A stretch of 64,000 bases of DNA from a virus (lineage: Duplodnaviria > Caudoviricetes). Shown one piece after another: positions 1 to 11,406 of this stretch. The stretch's first letter is position 1. Each line of letters begins with the position of its first letter. Made by a program: the position numbers and the translations under genes. The notes beneath the pieces were generated by a model. That model had not been told where the DNA came from. It ran no database searches and worked only from the letters and a program-made list of their open reading frames with translations. The stretch spans positions 4,352-68,351 of IMG/VR virus record IMGVR_UViG_3300030333_002216, one strand, 5' to 3'.

Positions 1-3000
1 GGCTTATTGAGAATCTTGGCATCCCCACTAGAGGCATTCCAATCAGATTGGACATTCACTTCTGCGCCAGTTGCAATGCCACTTAGTTTGGTTCTCTCAG
101 CAGAGGTGATTACAGAACCGCTACCTGCATCTGTAATCCCATCAATCTTAGCCATTGTAACTGCATCATCGGCAATCTTAGCCGTAGTCACATTCGCATC
201 TGTAATCTTGATTGTGGTTACTGCGTCATCAGCAAGTTTTGCAGTTATTACAGAACCCGTTCCTAGTTTTCCAGAAGTGACTGCATTACTGTTTATCTTA
301 CCAGTTGTCACACCAAGGTTTGCAATCATATCAGTAGCAACTGTTTGTGAATCCCCGGTAGTGACTACAGTTCCCGTGATGTCTGGGAGAGATATCACCC
401 TGTCAGCAGTTGGGTCAATGATACGAAGAATGGTTTCGTAGTCATCAGCAGTCTGCCCTTCAAACTTAATCGCATCTTGAACGTTAATCTCAGTCTGATT
501 TATTGTTGTAGTTGTCCCATCAACAAAGAAATTACCCCTGACCCTAACAGTAGTATCATTGCCAGCATCACCAAGGTAAAGAGTGTCACTCTCATTAAGA
601 AGTCCAAGAGAAGCCACCACATTTGCCTTATCGGTAACATCTGCTTGTGCTTCGATTCCTGCTAGTTTATCAAACTGGTCATCAGTCATTAGACCGTGAG
701 CATCTGTTGTGGAATCAGGAAGAGTAGCGGTTGTGGTGCTTCCATCATCGTGAGTTAGAGTTAGTAGCCCTTGATTGAAAGATGCACTCGCTACTGCACC
801 CTTTCCTGAATCTGAGATAGTCAGTCTCCCAGCATTTACACCCGTTGTTATTCTATCCCCACCAGTTACTTGAAGGGTGGATGAGCCTCCAAACTGGTCT
901 GATATTTTAATCAGGGGAATGCTACCTGAGAGTTCTACGCCAATCGTGTATGTGTGGTCTTCTACTTGTTGTGAAGTAATGTATTCCTTGACAGCCTTAG
1001 CCGTTGGCAATTGAGTATCAGTCGAATTGCTGTTAATACTTGTAGACAATGAATTGATGTCAGTTAAGTCGGAGACTGAAACTGAGGATAGTTTGGAGTT
1101 TAATTGAGTTTGAATGGAAGAAGTAACCCCATCTAGATAGCCTATCTCGGTTGCTGATACTCCGGAAACTCCATCGAGTATATTCAACTCTGCCGCAGAC
1201 GCAGTGATGCTTAAATCGCTTAGAGTCTCAACCTTATCAGAAAGATTGGAAACTAAGTTTGCTATCTTGCTTTGAGCAATATTAGCACCACTTGCTATTT
1301 GAGAGTCAGAAACTCCACCTGCCTTTATCACCACTGCTCCGGATGACACATCGAAGTTAGTGGATGAGAAAGACGCTATACCCTTGTTTGATGTCGTGGC
1401 ATCTTCTGCGGCTACAGTCAATGTTCCTGCACTATCATCGTATGTGGTGGTGATTCCCTCTCCATCGGTTATCAGAGTATTGACTCTATCATCTACTCTC
1501 TCATCAGTGTAGAACTTGTTGCTACCTTCTGCGAAATCGTCTGTGTCTAATGTGAGAGTCCCACCAAGATTCACTGAGTTACTGTTGATAGTAACTCCTG
1601 AGTTTGCTAGTTTGGAGTTTGCAATGCTTCCAGCGAGTTGTGCGTTAGTCACAGAAATATTAGAAACATTGCTACTCCAGTCAGCACCAACAGTAGCACT
1701 AGCGGCAATTCCATCAAGTTTGGTTTTCAGTGTAGCCGTAAATAGTTTGTTAGTCGTTCCATCAGCAATCTTATCTGCACTAATTGCCGCACTGTTCGAT
1801 ATGTCAGCATTGACAATAGCCGTTCCAGTAGCCCGATAGTTTGCAGATATGTCTGGTATATCCGAGGCAATGAGAAGCGCAAACAAGTTCGCTGGATTGA
1901 TTCTCCTCAACCCATTAGTTGCATCGTCATACATCAGATAATCAGCAGTTCTATCAATTCCGTTCTCGATAGTAAGACCATCAATGTCAACCTTCAATGT
2001 GGCACTGGTTCTATCCAGTCCATCACTTATGGTGAGGCTTGGTTCTTTACCACTTAGAGCGGATACTAATCCGTCTATCTTGCTCTGCGCTATTGCCGCA
2101 TTACTGGCAATGCTTGCGTTTACTACCGCATTAGACCCTAGTTGGTCAGCACCGACTGCATCGTCTGCTATCTTCGCTGATGTTATGGCATCGTCTGCTA
2201 TCATTGCCGTAGCGACTTGAACCTCTCCAATCGTTCCAGCAGTAGTCGCACCTAGCACTCTGTTGTTAGTGGAGGTGTCTTGCATCTTGGCATAGGTGAT
2301 TGCATCATCTGCAACGTTACCAGCGACTATTGTTCCATCTGCTATCTTAGCACTAGTTACTGCGTCATCTGCTATCTTAGCAGTGGCAACCGCATCATCC
2401 GCTAGTGTGGTTGATAGGGCTACGTTTGCCGCTCCGGTGAACCCAACGGCACTTGCGGTGACATCACCAGTGATACTGAAATTTCTAGAGTTCGCTAAGG
2501 CAGTTGCAGTAGAGGCATTACCAGTAACAGCCCCTTCCAAGTCGGCTACTATTGTTCCAGCAGTTCCAGAGAATACCTCACTGTTGTTGGTAGCATCAGG
2601 AATGAAGGTGAATTTCCCTGTATTGTCATCGAATCCGAAGAAGCCTACTTTTCCAGAGGAACCATTATGCCACTTGAATTCTATTCCTCTATCCTTGTTA
2701 TCATTGAGTCCTGTGCCATCCCCACCCAATGTGAATACTGGGTCATCAACTGTGACAACGGTTGAGTTGATTGTTTGTGTAGCACCATTGACTGTTAGAT
2801 TGCCTCCCACTGTCAAATGACCAGTGAAGATAGCCGTGTCATTAGACTGCGAACCTATAGTGAAATCGCTACCAAAGTCAGAATTTAGTTTGGTCTTTAG
2901 ATTGTCAACTGTTACATTTGTATCAGTATCAGTCTGATGAGTGTCAATCATGCTCTTGATATCAGCAGGTGCATATCTCTTGACAGTAGTAGAGTCACCA

Positions 3001-3899
3001 GCAGTCCTTTCTGCTGAGGATACTTGACTGACTCTATTATTGTAAGCAGTCTCAATCTCAGTATCAGTTTGGTCAGCAGTAGCACTTGCTTCTATACCAA
3101 GCATTGAAACTAAGTTTGCTGGGGTTATTTCCTCTACAACACCTGCCCCAGAACTATCTCTACCTAGAATTCTATTAGTGGCAGAAACATTCTGCATCTT
3201 CGCATATGTCACCGCATCATCGGCTATGTTTGCAGTTGCTACACCACCACTAGGAATCAGTCCAGAGTTCCCTTCTGAAATGGCAGATGTGTAAGTTATG
3301 TCAGAAGTGAGAGCAACGGTTCCTGTGGATGAGGGGAGCGTAAGTGTCGCGGAACCCTTAGTTAGAGTCCCATCGGCATTTATCCTCAGTGTCTCTGACC
3401 CACTGTTTATCGCACTGAATCCCTTTGTAGTCTGGTCATACCCCAAGAATTGGACTAGCCTATCAGTAGCATCGTGGTCACTCCCCGCCGGATACTTGAT
3501 TATAGCAACAGGGATGTCACCAGCAGTCAATGAGGATACAGAGGCAGTGCTTAACGAATTAGCACCAGTCCTAATCTGTATGACATTCGATGCGTCAACT
3601 ACAACAGTGGCATACCAATCATTACCTGCTCTTTCTCCTACACCGGGTTCTATATCATTCCTAGCGGAGATAGACACTAGAAGACCGTTTCTCATTATCT
3701 TACCAGATGCAACGTCATACTTCGTGTATGCACCACCGTCTTCTTGTGTGATGTTGAATCCACTGAGAACACTATTACCACCAGTGGCAACGTTCAGGGA
3801 GTTGATTATACCACTGTGTATGTTGTCTGTTCCGTCTACGATTCTAGTGCTTGGGCTAGCAGATAGAGTAGTCAAGAAGCCCGGATTGCTGTTAACCAT
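1..3899 (-). CDS. Tail fibre / adhesin protein, partial (runs off the window start; missing from the ORF track)
   Basis: ATG at 3899 overlaps the TGA of the upstream gene (TGATG). It reads MVNSNPGFLTTLSASPSTRIVDG..., contains repeated IADDAVTxAK units and GGNLTVNG...STVVTVDDPVFTLG fibre motifs, and is still in frame at base 3 (...QSDWNASSGDAKILNK). The middle was spot-checked, not fully translated. Confidence 0.85.
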   Translation of the reverse strand, partial: MVNSNPGFLTTLSASPSTRIVDGTDNIHSGIINSLNVATGGNSVLSGFNITQEDGGAYTKYDVASGKIMRNGLLVSISARNDIEPGVGERAGNDWYATVVVDASNVIQIRTGANSLSTASVSSLTAGDIPVAIIKYPAGSDHDATDRLVQFLGYDQTTKGFSAINSGSETLRINADGTLTKGSATLTLPSSTGTVALTSDITYTSAISEGNSGLIPSGGVATANIADDAVTYAKMQNVSATNRILGRDSSGAGVVEEITPANLVSMLGIEASATADQTDTEIETAYNNRVSQVSSAERTAGDSTTVKRYAPADIKSMIDTHQTDTDTNVTVDNLKTKLNSDFGSDFTIGSQSNDTAIFTGHLTVGGNLTVNGATQTINSTVVTVDDPVFTLGGDGTGLNDNKDRGIEFKWHNGSSGKVGFFGFDDNTGKFTFIPDATNNSEVFSGTAGTIVADLEGAVTGNASTATALANSRNFSITGDVTASAVGFTGAANVALSTTLADDAVATAKIADDAVTSAKIADGTIVAGNVADDAITYAKMQDTSTNNRVLGATTAGTIGEVQVATAMIADDAITSAKIADDAVGADQLGSNAVVNASIASNAAIAQSKIDGLVSALSGKEPSLTISDGLDRTSATLKVDIDGLTIENGIDRTADYLMYDDATNGLRRINPANLFALLIASDIPDISANYRATGTAIVNADISNSAAISADKIADGTTNKLFTATLKTKLDGIAASATVGADWSSNVSNISVTNAQLAGSIANSKLANSGVTINSNSVNLGGTLTLDTDDFAEGSNKFYTDERVDDRVNTLITDGEGITTTYDDSAGTLTVAAEDATTSNKGIASFSSTNFDVSSGAVVIKAGGVSDSQIASGANIAQSKIANLVSNLSDKVETLSDLSITASAAELNILDGVSGVSATEIGYLDGVTSSIQTQLNSKLSSVSVSDLTDINSLSTSINSNSTDTQLPTAKAVKEYITSQQVEDHTYTIGVELSGSIPLIKISDQFGGSSTLQVTGGDRITTGVNAGRLTISDSGKGAVASASFNQGLLTLTHDDGSTTTATLPDSTTDAHGLMTDDQFDKLAGIEAQADVTDKANVVASLGLLNESDTLYLGDAGNDTTVRVRGNFFVDGTTTTINQTEINVQDAIKFEGQTADDYETILRIIDPTADRVISLPDITGTVVTTGDSQTVATDMIANLGVTTGKINSNAVTSGKLGTGSVITAKLADDAVTTIKITDANVTTAKIADDAVTMAKIDGITDAGSGSVITSAERTKLSGIATGAEVNVQSDWNASSGDAKILNK

Positions 3900-4231
3900 C
3901 AGTCTACCTCCAATCTAATTGTGAATGTCACTGTATCTGCCGATGGCACTACTCCAGTGTTCGTGAAGGTAACTCGGCTCAATAGGGTATCGGCAGAATT
4001 GAATATTCCTAGTTCTGATACCCCTTGTGTTCCAATATCCGCACCAGTGAAAGAAGCAGTCCAAACTAACTGTGACCCTATTCTAGAAGGGGTCACTGTC
4101 TTCTCTGCTACGAAGGCATCCAAAGCAGTCTGCGAAGCCGCCGTGTCATCTCCGCCATTGCCTATTCTTACCTTCGTAAATGTGCTTGCCACTGTTGATG
4201 CTAATGCTTCCTTTCCGCTATCTACTATCAT
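3899..4231 (-). CDS. Small tail/baseplate protein (tail-collar-like)
   Basis: 110 aa; MIVDSGKEALA...RIGNG...SELGIFNS..LLSR pattern typical of tail-collar/fibre attachment domains; translationally coupled to both neighbours. Confidence 0.65.
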   Translation of the reverse strand: MIVDSGKEALASTVASTFTKVRIGNGGDDTAASQTALDAFVAEKTVTPSRIGSQLVWTASFTGADIGTQGVSELGIFNSADTLLSRVTFTNTGVVPSADTVTFTIRLEVD

Positions 4232-7200
4232 GCGTAATCCTCCTGTTGGTAGAACTTATCTTGGTAACTCTTCTTGGTAACTGTGCTATGCTCAAATCCT
4301 ACTTCCTCCGTGAACCCAACTAAGTCATCGAAACCCATGTTTGAGTTATATGATAGTGCATTCGATGACCCCGTTATCTTGTAGGAGAAACTGATATTCT
4401 TTAGTTTAATTGCATCAAACAGGAATTTTCCAGCCGAAAGAACTACAGCATCTCTACCCAATAGCACAGTGCTATCATCTGATTGTCTGGTGGATAATTC
4501 ACTAAGCCTCTCAGCAATCGTCTTGTCAAATGTCCCTACTTTCAATTTGAGTGTTCCAGCAAGCACATTCTCTATTTCAAAGACCATGTAATCATCAATT
4601 GGAATGTTATGGTTAGGGAAGTTCAATCGAACTATATCTCCGGCTTCAAGTAACTCTAAGCCTTGTTTTTGTAATTCAACATCTATTTTTCTTGTTCCTT
4701 CACTATAGATTTCCATTAACTCTACTGCCTTTGTTTCTGCATCTGTCCTAGTCTTTATTGTTGGGTCAATTACCTTCACTGCTCTTACTTGTTTCTTAGT
4801 AGGCTCTTCTAGTTCGTATTGGACTTTATCTCCGATAACGATTATCTTGTTCGCTTTATCGAACATGGATTTATTTGCCCCTACTTTGATTAGACGACCA
4901 GACTCCTTGTAAGACAAAGCATACTTACGCAGACTATCAGTGTCTTCTATGTTCCTTGTGATGAATTCTCCGTTCTTTATTCTGTAGTCTAAACCTCGTT
5001 TTATGATTAATGAGTTGAGTGCATTATACATATTGCTATTATCGAATTTCAAATTAGTAACAAACGTCTTCTTGTTTATCAATACGATTTCATCGTTCTG
5101 TGCTGGAGCGTAGTATTTTTTCGTGAGTGTTATCACCGCGCTTGACACGTTGCTTACCTCTCCAATCAAATGTCCATCATAAGTATAGATGACATCCCCA
5201 TTACTAATGCCTGTGACATTCTCGGTGCAAGTTATCGTAGTAGAAGAAGTAGTTCCACTACTAATGATATTGCCCGTTGGTTTGGAGAAACTTCTTGTTG
5301 CATTGTAGTCCAGACCAGCAAGTTTGACTATATTCTCCACTTCCTTTTCCAATTGAGAACCAATGGAGTATGTGGTTCCTATATGGCATTTCTTGATTTC
5401 CTTCAACTTAGGCTTCCTTCCTAGTGTGATATCAAAGACCTCTCCAAAAGACACTACTCCATTACCATTTAATTCTCCATCGAATTCTAGAGTCAACCCT
5501 GTTCTAGATGTGTCCTCATCAATCTCTATTGTTTTCTTAACAACTATTTTCCTTCTGTCATTGTGTTGCCCATCAGTGACATGCATATCTAACACATCAC
5601 CATCTGCTAAATCAGAAAATGGTGTGAGAGCCAATGCGGGCGTTCTTCGCTCTATCGTGCTATTGGCATTATCAATATCCAATAGGAGATACATATGATA
5701 CACGCTTTCTGAATAGGTGGGGTCATCTCCTTCTCTTGCACCACCAGTTCTCCAGTCCCTTCCCTTGCCATCATCCAGTAATGTATTGAATTTGATTTCC
5801 TTTTCTTGATTCTCAAAAGTGACTTCTGATGGGCGCATCAATCTCCATTTGTTCCCATGTGTAGTAGTGTTTATCACCGTGTCAAATACAATCTGTTGAA
5901 CTTCAGTCGCGCTTGTTGTTGGAGCCGTGGAAACAGTGTGAGAAGTGATTTTCATTATTGCTGATGGCAAGTTATTACCAATGGTGTTTCTAACAGTGGC
6001 TTTAGTGCTTCCATTTGGAATATCGTGGTTGTATTGTTCTGAAACCAAATAGTATCCTGTGAGGTCAGGCATGTAACTCAACCAAGCGTGTTTGGTGTTG
6101 GAGTCTAAGGTGAATGTCGCAGTCTGGGACGAGACACTAGCGTTACTGAAATCAAACACTGGCTTTACTAGCATCTGTGCTGAAAACACCCCTCCTTTGG
6201 TATGAGTCGTGTCAGTTCCACTAGTGCCACCTCCACCCATAGTGACGTTTCTAAGAGTAGCATTTGTTCCCCTGTATAGTCTAGGGGCTTCATCATCCAC
6301 ATCATAATCACTCAATGTTGGATTTAGCGCAAGAATGCTAGTTTTGGCTTTGGTTCCTGTCATTGCTAGGCTATCCCTAGATTGCTCTACTACCGTTCCC
6401 ACTGCATAATCAGCATTCAAATCAGGAACAGTCAGAGTCTTACTACCCTCGCTCCCCGAAGTCCAAGAGAAGGGAGTCCCGTTAATCCACCCGTTCCCTC
6501 CATTAAGACCAAAACCAGTAATATCCGCTAATACAAGGCTGGTTTGACCATCTGTGTATGCCGTGGCAACAGTGGTTTTCACTCTTGTATACTGTTGCAC
6601 CATTGTGTTTCTTGTAGTTTGTTCAAAATCGTGAGTGTTACTTGAAACGTAAGCAGAGTAATTTGCCTCGGTATCCAATGTCAATTCAGTGCTGAGTGTG
6701 ATATCATCCACACCTATGATGTCTGCTCCAAATTGGGGAAGATGAACGTCTGCTCCCTGTTTGAATCCTCTAAACACACCAATGCAACCATCATAGATAT
6801 GTGCTAATGACCCACTGTAATTGTTGCTTATACCAACACTGTATCTGAATGTCCTATTGGCCGTGGTATTACTCAAGTCCCTATGGTAAAGCCCAGCAAT
6901 GACTCTAGAGATATGCCTATGCCCATTGGCTGAAGTGAAGTGATTGAAGGCAGATATCCTCCTGTCTTTGAAATCTGGTTCTCTAAGGAAAAGGCCAGAA
7001 GAAACGTTACTGTCATCCCATGTTCCCTTGTATTCCTCAGAGATTAAAGGAATGATGATATCATGTCCATCAAAGCGTTTTGAAACATCTGAAGAATTGA
7101 CCAACCTTTTAGTCCAATTGAAATTAGTGCTTTGCACTGTGGGTGAGCAAATCCAAACATGGCTGAATCTGATATTGTTATTCCCCTTTGCCCTATCTTG

Positions 7201-10200
7201 CTTATATTCATCTGAACTGTTTGACCCACTGAGATTGTCAATATTGAAATCTGTTGTCCCAAACAATCGGAACGGTTGGACACCTGCGTATTCTGTGCTT
7301 CCTTCGTATCTCAAAAGCCCTGTTTGTGATGCACCTCCGGGGTTTAACACATCATAGAGAACGTTAGGAAGCCATTCGGTTCCTTGAGTGTCAGCACGAT
7401 GCGAAGCAACAAACCCATTGATGCCCCCAGCATATTGATTGTTGCTATACGCACTAGCGGGGTATGCACCTATCTTGTCTTTCTGGTAGAAAACATCCCC
7501 ATCTGACTCACCTACTGTATCAGAAACATACACACCATCATTGTCTATTGCAATCCCATTTGTCGAGGTTTCCACTGTTGGGGTGAGGTCTGCCTGAACA
7601 TAATCGAATGTCTTCACTGTAGGTATGTCTTCTGCTTTCTCAGGAAGCGACTCATAGTCTACTGGATTGAAATGCCAATCGAAGGTTGCTTCCACTAATC
7701 TCATGACTCCGAATCTTCGTGCTTGATTGGTTGTCTGCGTGGCAGAGGACATGGGTGCTTCTTCAAACATGTTAGGTGATTGAAGGGTTTGTTTGGTTTG
7801 ACCCGTATATTTCTGATGAGAGGTTTTTCCAGTGTTGAAGGATTCAGACTCTAGAACCATTGAGAAGTCCTCGTAGTTCTTGGTGTGATAACCTAGATTG
7901 TTATGTCTGAGTTTAGATGAGGGGAAGGAATCTCCCACGGCTAGGAGTTCATATGTCTCTGACTTCGGGTCAATTTGCTCAAAGGAGGAATATTGTATAT
8001 CCTGTTCAAAGCCATCTGTCTTGTATCCTGACCTACTAGCATATATTGAATCGTTTTGACTTTCTATGCTTGGATATGATTGTATTATTGGCGTATCATT
8101 TTGGTCACCACAGAAATTAGCAACATATGTCCAACCGTTTATCGTGTTACTACCAGCAAGTGGCTTGTTGTCTTGGGTGGCTGTAGGGGTGAATACAGTG
8201 CCATTGGTTCTCACCCCATAGCCCACACCGTATCCTTGTATTTTCTGGTTTCTTCTTCCACCATTGTAGATGCTACTATGCGTTTTACTTATTGTTCCGG
8301 CATCGAATTTCTGTAAATCCCAATAGCGTATTGTTTCCTTGGGGCCAAAATAACCAGAACCACTGAAGGTGTCTTGCAGTCTATGGATGAATCCACCAGT
8401 GTCTATGTTATTGTTCACTAGATATATATTGCAGTTTCCTCTATTATCAGAACTATTACCATCTAGCCTTCCTAGAACCACTGGGAATATCGGGGCAACA
8501 GACAGGGTTGTTTGCCCCTCATCCTTCTCATTAACCTGCACGACATTGAATGATTCCTTATTGATAGTTGCAATATCTAACTTATCAACAGTAACGCCAT
8601 TCTCATTTCCAGCATTGAATGCGAATATGGAGTCATTAGTGGATACTGCCTTGGGGCTTGAGATATCATATCCTAAAGTCCTGTCTTCCGTGTAGTTACC
8701 AGTGTTTGAGGTGGCTTTCAGTTCGTCATATGTGAATGCTGATGAATTCACACCGAAAGTTCCACCTAATGATAATCCACTATTGAAGCCCAGCCCCTTT
8801 TCACTGATAGATGTGAAACCATTGATACCTGAATCATGCAATTCGTTACTGGCTAATGCCTTCGTTCCTGTAATGTAATTGACCCATGTAGAATCATATG
8901 GGTGATAATACAACAAAGACGTTGTTGTAGTTGGCGTAGCATAGGTTGTATCATAGCAAGTTATCCTATCCGAGGTGCTACTGTAATTCTCCTCATATTG
9001 CTTGACTTCACCGATTAACTCCCCTGCTTGATTCATAATCAACCCGTGTCTCTTAGGGGTTAAATTGGGTGTTCCAGCCCATGTGATATAGGCATTTGAC
9101 CCAGAGATGCTAAGACTGCTTATCCCAGTTATCGCTGTAGCATTGAGGATTGGTGGAATTGAAGTGTGTATCACATCTTCCATGAAGGTAGTGTTCTTGG
9201 TGACTGTTTGTGAAAGCAATTTGGAGGTTTCATCCCTACCAACTACACTGTAAGTGGTCAATCCGTGTTCGGACTTGCTAGACACATCCTCGACAATCCC
9301 ATTGAATGCTGAGTCGCTTATGGCATACCCACCACGATAGTAGTAGAACCTGCTGGCATTCTCATTGCTTCTTTGGTAGAACACCCTATCAGAGTCTTGA
9401 ATCTTCAGGAACTTGTTATCCTTGTCTCCATAGTCAATCTTGTTGTCATGCCCATTATAGATACCATTGACTAATCTAGCATTATACAGTTTGGTATTCT
9501 TCTTCTCAATAGTAACATCCGACATGCTGAGTTTACTAGTCGTGTAATTATACTCCGTGTCTGGTTCAAGCGTTGTGTTAATCACACCAGTGTAGGGAGG
9601 TAGGAATAGTGTCTTCCCAGAGAAGTTCTCTGCTACCGCACTACCACTCCAAGTATTAGCAGTCTTGAGTTTCTTGTTCTTTATCGTGATATTCTGAGTT
9701 CCACCTGATTGAGCCGCTACAGACGCAACGGCATAATGATACCCATCAATCTCTATAATGTCATCATTGCCTAGTATATTCCTTAAGTCCGTTTGTTTCC
9801 TTATGTCGCTCATTACGATTATAGATGTATTAGAGGAATCTCTAGCCGCCTTTCCTTCAAATGCAATCAAAGCCAAATTATCATTGTGAATGTTTCTTTC
9901 AAGAACCAATGTGTCTTCTTCTTTGATTTTCATATGTTGTATGCCGCTATTGTCCAATATATTGAACTGGGCTAATTGGCTCATCTTATTTCTTGGTTGA
10001 TTTAGTATTGCCTCAGTTATGAGAGGAATCTTGTTATTTTTGAAATTCGCTTTTTCAAAGGTGATATATTTCCCCGGCCCAGTCATGTTCCCATCAAGGG
10101 TATTTGCTGTTACTGAGTCAGAGTTGGCTGTGTGTCTATGCATCTTAGGAAAAGCATTCTCCCATTTGTGGAAGTTACTAGAGTTACTATCATCAGAGGT

Positions 10201-11406
10201 TTTGTTAGCATCTACGAGAGTGGCCTCCATCCTGTCCTTACCTAGACTGTGAATAGTGTTTCCAAACTTACCTTCAGTTCGGAATGCCACATTGTGAGCA
10301 GTCTTCCCTATTTTAATGTCAAAATTGGTGGTAGTGCCACTTATTGCTATTCTAGCATAATCTATTCTAAATTTGTTTGTTAATGCTGTAACATTGGTGA
10401 TGTTGCCTAATAGCACATTACTAGCATTAAACACAGACATGCCTATGGAGAGTTTCAAGTCATCATTGGCATCGTTTAAAGTAAATTCCTTAGAACTACT
10501 ACCCGCTTCATATTGGGCATGAGCATCCACTGCCGTCACTACAAGGGTGGTAGGATAGTTCCACCACCTTAGATGGGTGAGGTTGTATTTGGTCATGTAG
10601 TCCAATTGGTCTTTTTCATCCAATCTATCATTGTAGAAATACCAAGTAGGACGACTGCAATGCGCTACTCTATCGTGCTTTGGCGTGGACGTTGACGTAT
10701 CACCCCTCAGTCCATAACTGACTGCTACTATATCCGTGGCAGTCTTGGCTGGCCCCTTGTAAATCTCAAACTTCGTGTTTATTGATACCTCTGTCGGGTA
10801 TGCTGGGGAGAACTCAAGACCATCTCCGAACTCATCGAATGATATTATCCTAGTTACCTTTGCAAAATGTGGTCGCAGTGTGTCTGTTCCCATCTGATAT
10901 GTATCAGGATTCAAGAGGATGAAATAGTCATAGTTCTCTATATCCAAACCTACTTCCTCTGTGGCTGGGTAATCAGAGGTAGAGTAAACGAACTTCCTGT
11001 TTGTCTCTGAATTAGCAAGTTGGGAATCAAACACCTTGACTTTGAATGAATGTGTCTCATCTCTATTAATAGCGTAATCTGTTAAAGTGTTATTACCCGG
11101 ATACAGCCTATTCCCAATCTTATCGCCATAGTCATTGCTGATTGCGCCGCCATGTGAGGTGTTTCTTATCTCCATGAAGTTAGCGGAATTAACTAGAGAA
11201 CTTCCACTGACTGAGTTCTCGTATTGTAGGTTGTTCTGGACAATGGTAGGATTGACAGAGACAGACAGATATGCTTCGGTGGTTCTAGCAAAGTGGCTAC
11301 CATAGTCATAGTCTGCTTGGTTTTGAGCCGTTGCTTCTAGAATATCAGTATCCCTCTTTCCCGCATTCAACGGGAACACTGCCTTACCGTATACACTCGT
11401 TCCCAT
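4228..11406 (-). CDS. Very large minor tail / baseplate-hub protein
   Basis: 2392 aa, T/S/N/G-rich and beta-rich; C-terminal hub-like segment (NKIIVIG...DPTIKT..AETKA..LEAGDIVRLNFP); tail-module position. Confidence 0.7.
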   Translation of the reverse strand: MGTSVYGKAVFPLNAGKRDTDILEATAQNQADYDYGSHFARTTEAYLSVSVNPTIVQNNLQYENSVSGSSLVNSANFMEIRNTSHGGAISNDYGDKIGNRLYPGNNTLTDYAINRDETHSFKVKVFDSQLANSETNRKFVYSTSDYPATEEVGLDIENYDYFILLNPDTYQMGTDTLRPHFAKVTRIISFDEFGDGLEFSPAYPTEVSINTKFEIYKGPAKTATDIVAVSYGLRGDTSTSTPKHDRVAHCSRPTWYFYNDRLDEKDQLDYMTKYNLTHLRWWNYPTTLVVTAVDAHAQYEAGSSSKEFTLNDANDDLKLSIGMSVFNASNVLLGNITNVTALTNKFRIDYARIAISGTTTNFDIKIGKTAHNVAFRTEGKFGNTIHSLGKDRMEATLVDANKTSDDSNSSNFHKWENAFPKMHRHTANSDSVTANTLDGNMTGPGKYITFEKANFKNNKIPLITEAILNQPRNKMSQLAQFNILDNSGIQHMKIKEEDTLVLERNIHNDNLALIAFEGKAARDSSNTSIIVMSDIRKQTDLRNILGNDDIIEIDGYHYAVASVAAQSGGTQNITIKNKKLKTANTWSGSAVAENFSGKTLFLPPYTGVINTTLEPDTEYNYTTSKLSMSDVTIEKKNTKLYNARLVNGIYNGHDNKIDYGDKDNKFLKIQDSDRVFYQRSNENASRFYYYRGGYAISDSAFNGIVEDVSSKSEHGLTTYSVVGRDETSKLLSQTVTKNTTFMEDVIHTSIPPILNATAITGISSLSISGSNAYITWAGTPNLTPKRHGLIMNQAGELIGEVKQYEENYSSTSDRITCYDTTYATPTTTTSLLYYHPYDSTWVNYITGTKALASNELHDSGINGFTSISEKGLGFNSGLSLGGTFGVNSSAFTYDELKATSNTGNYTEDRTLGYDISSPKAVSTNDSIFAFNAGNENGVTVDKLDIATINKESFNVVQVNEKDEGQTTLSVAPIFPVVLGRLDGNSSDNRGNCNIYLVNNNIDTGGFIHRLQDTFSGSGYFGPKETIRYWDLQKFDAGTISKTHSSIYNGGRRNQKIQGYGVGYGVRTNGTVFTPTATQDNKPLAGSNTINGWTYVANFCGDQNDTPIIQSYPSIESQNDSIYASRSGYKTDGFEQDIQYSSFEQIDPKSETYELLAVGDSFPSSKLRHNNLGYHTKNYEDFSMVLESESFNTGKTSHQKYTGQTKQTLQSPNMFEEAPMSSATQTTNQARRFGVMRLVEATFDWHFNPVDYESLPEKAEDIPTVKTFDYVQADLTPTVETSTNGIAIDNDGVYVSDTVGESDGDVFYQKDKIGAYPASAYSNNQYAGGINGFVASHRADTQGTEWLPNVLYDVLNPGGASQTGLLRYEGSTEYAGVQPFRLFGTTDFNIDNLSGSNSSDEYKQDRAKGNNNIRFSHVWICSPTVQSTNFNWTKRLVNSSDVSKRFDGHDIIIPLISEEYKGTWDDSNVSSGLFLREPDFKDRRISAFNHFTSANGHRHISRVIAGLYHRDLSNTTANRTFRYSVGISNNYSGSLAHIYDGCIGVFRGFKQGADVHLPQFGADIIGVDDITLSTELTLDTEANYSAYVSSNTHDFEQTTRNTMVQQYTRVKTTVATAYTDGQTSLVLADITGFGLNGGNGWINGTPFSWTSGSEGSKTLTVPDLNADYAVGTVVEQSRDSLAMTGTKAKTSILALNPTLSDYDVDDEAPRLYRGTNATLRNVTMGGGGTSGTDTTHTKGGVFSAQMLVKPVFDFSNASVSSQTATFTLDSNTKHAWLSYMPDLTGYYLVSEQYNHDIPNGSTKATVRNTIGNNLPSAIMKITSHTVSTAPTTSATEVQQIVFDTVINTTTHGNKWRLMRPSEVTFENQEKEIKFNTLLDDGKGRDWRTGGAREGDDPTYSESVYHMYLLLDIDNANSTIERRTPALALTPFSDLADGDVLDMHVTDGQHNDRRKIVVKKTIEIDEDTSRTGLTLEFDGELNGNGVVSFGEVFDITLGRKPKLKEIKKCHIGTTYSIGSQLEKEVENIVKLAGLDYNATRSFSKPTGNIISSGTTSSTTITCTENVTGISNGDVIYTYDGHLIGEVSNVSSAVITLTKKYYAPAQNDEIVLINKKTFVTNLKFDNSNMYNALNSLIIKRGLDYRIKNGEFITRNIEDTDSLRKYALSYKESGRLIKVGANKSMFDKANKIIVIGDKVQYELEEPTKKQVRAVKVIDPTIKTRTDAETKAVELMEIYSEGTRKIDVELQKQGLELLEAGDIVRLNFPNHNIPIDDYMVFEIENVLAGTLKLKVGTFDKTIAERLSELSTRQSDDSTVLLGRDAVVLSAGKFLFDAIKLKNISFSYKITGSSNALSYNSNMGFDDLVGFTEEVGFEHSTVTKKSYQDKFYQQEDYA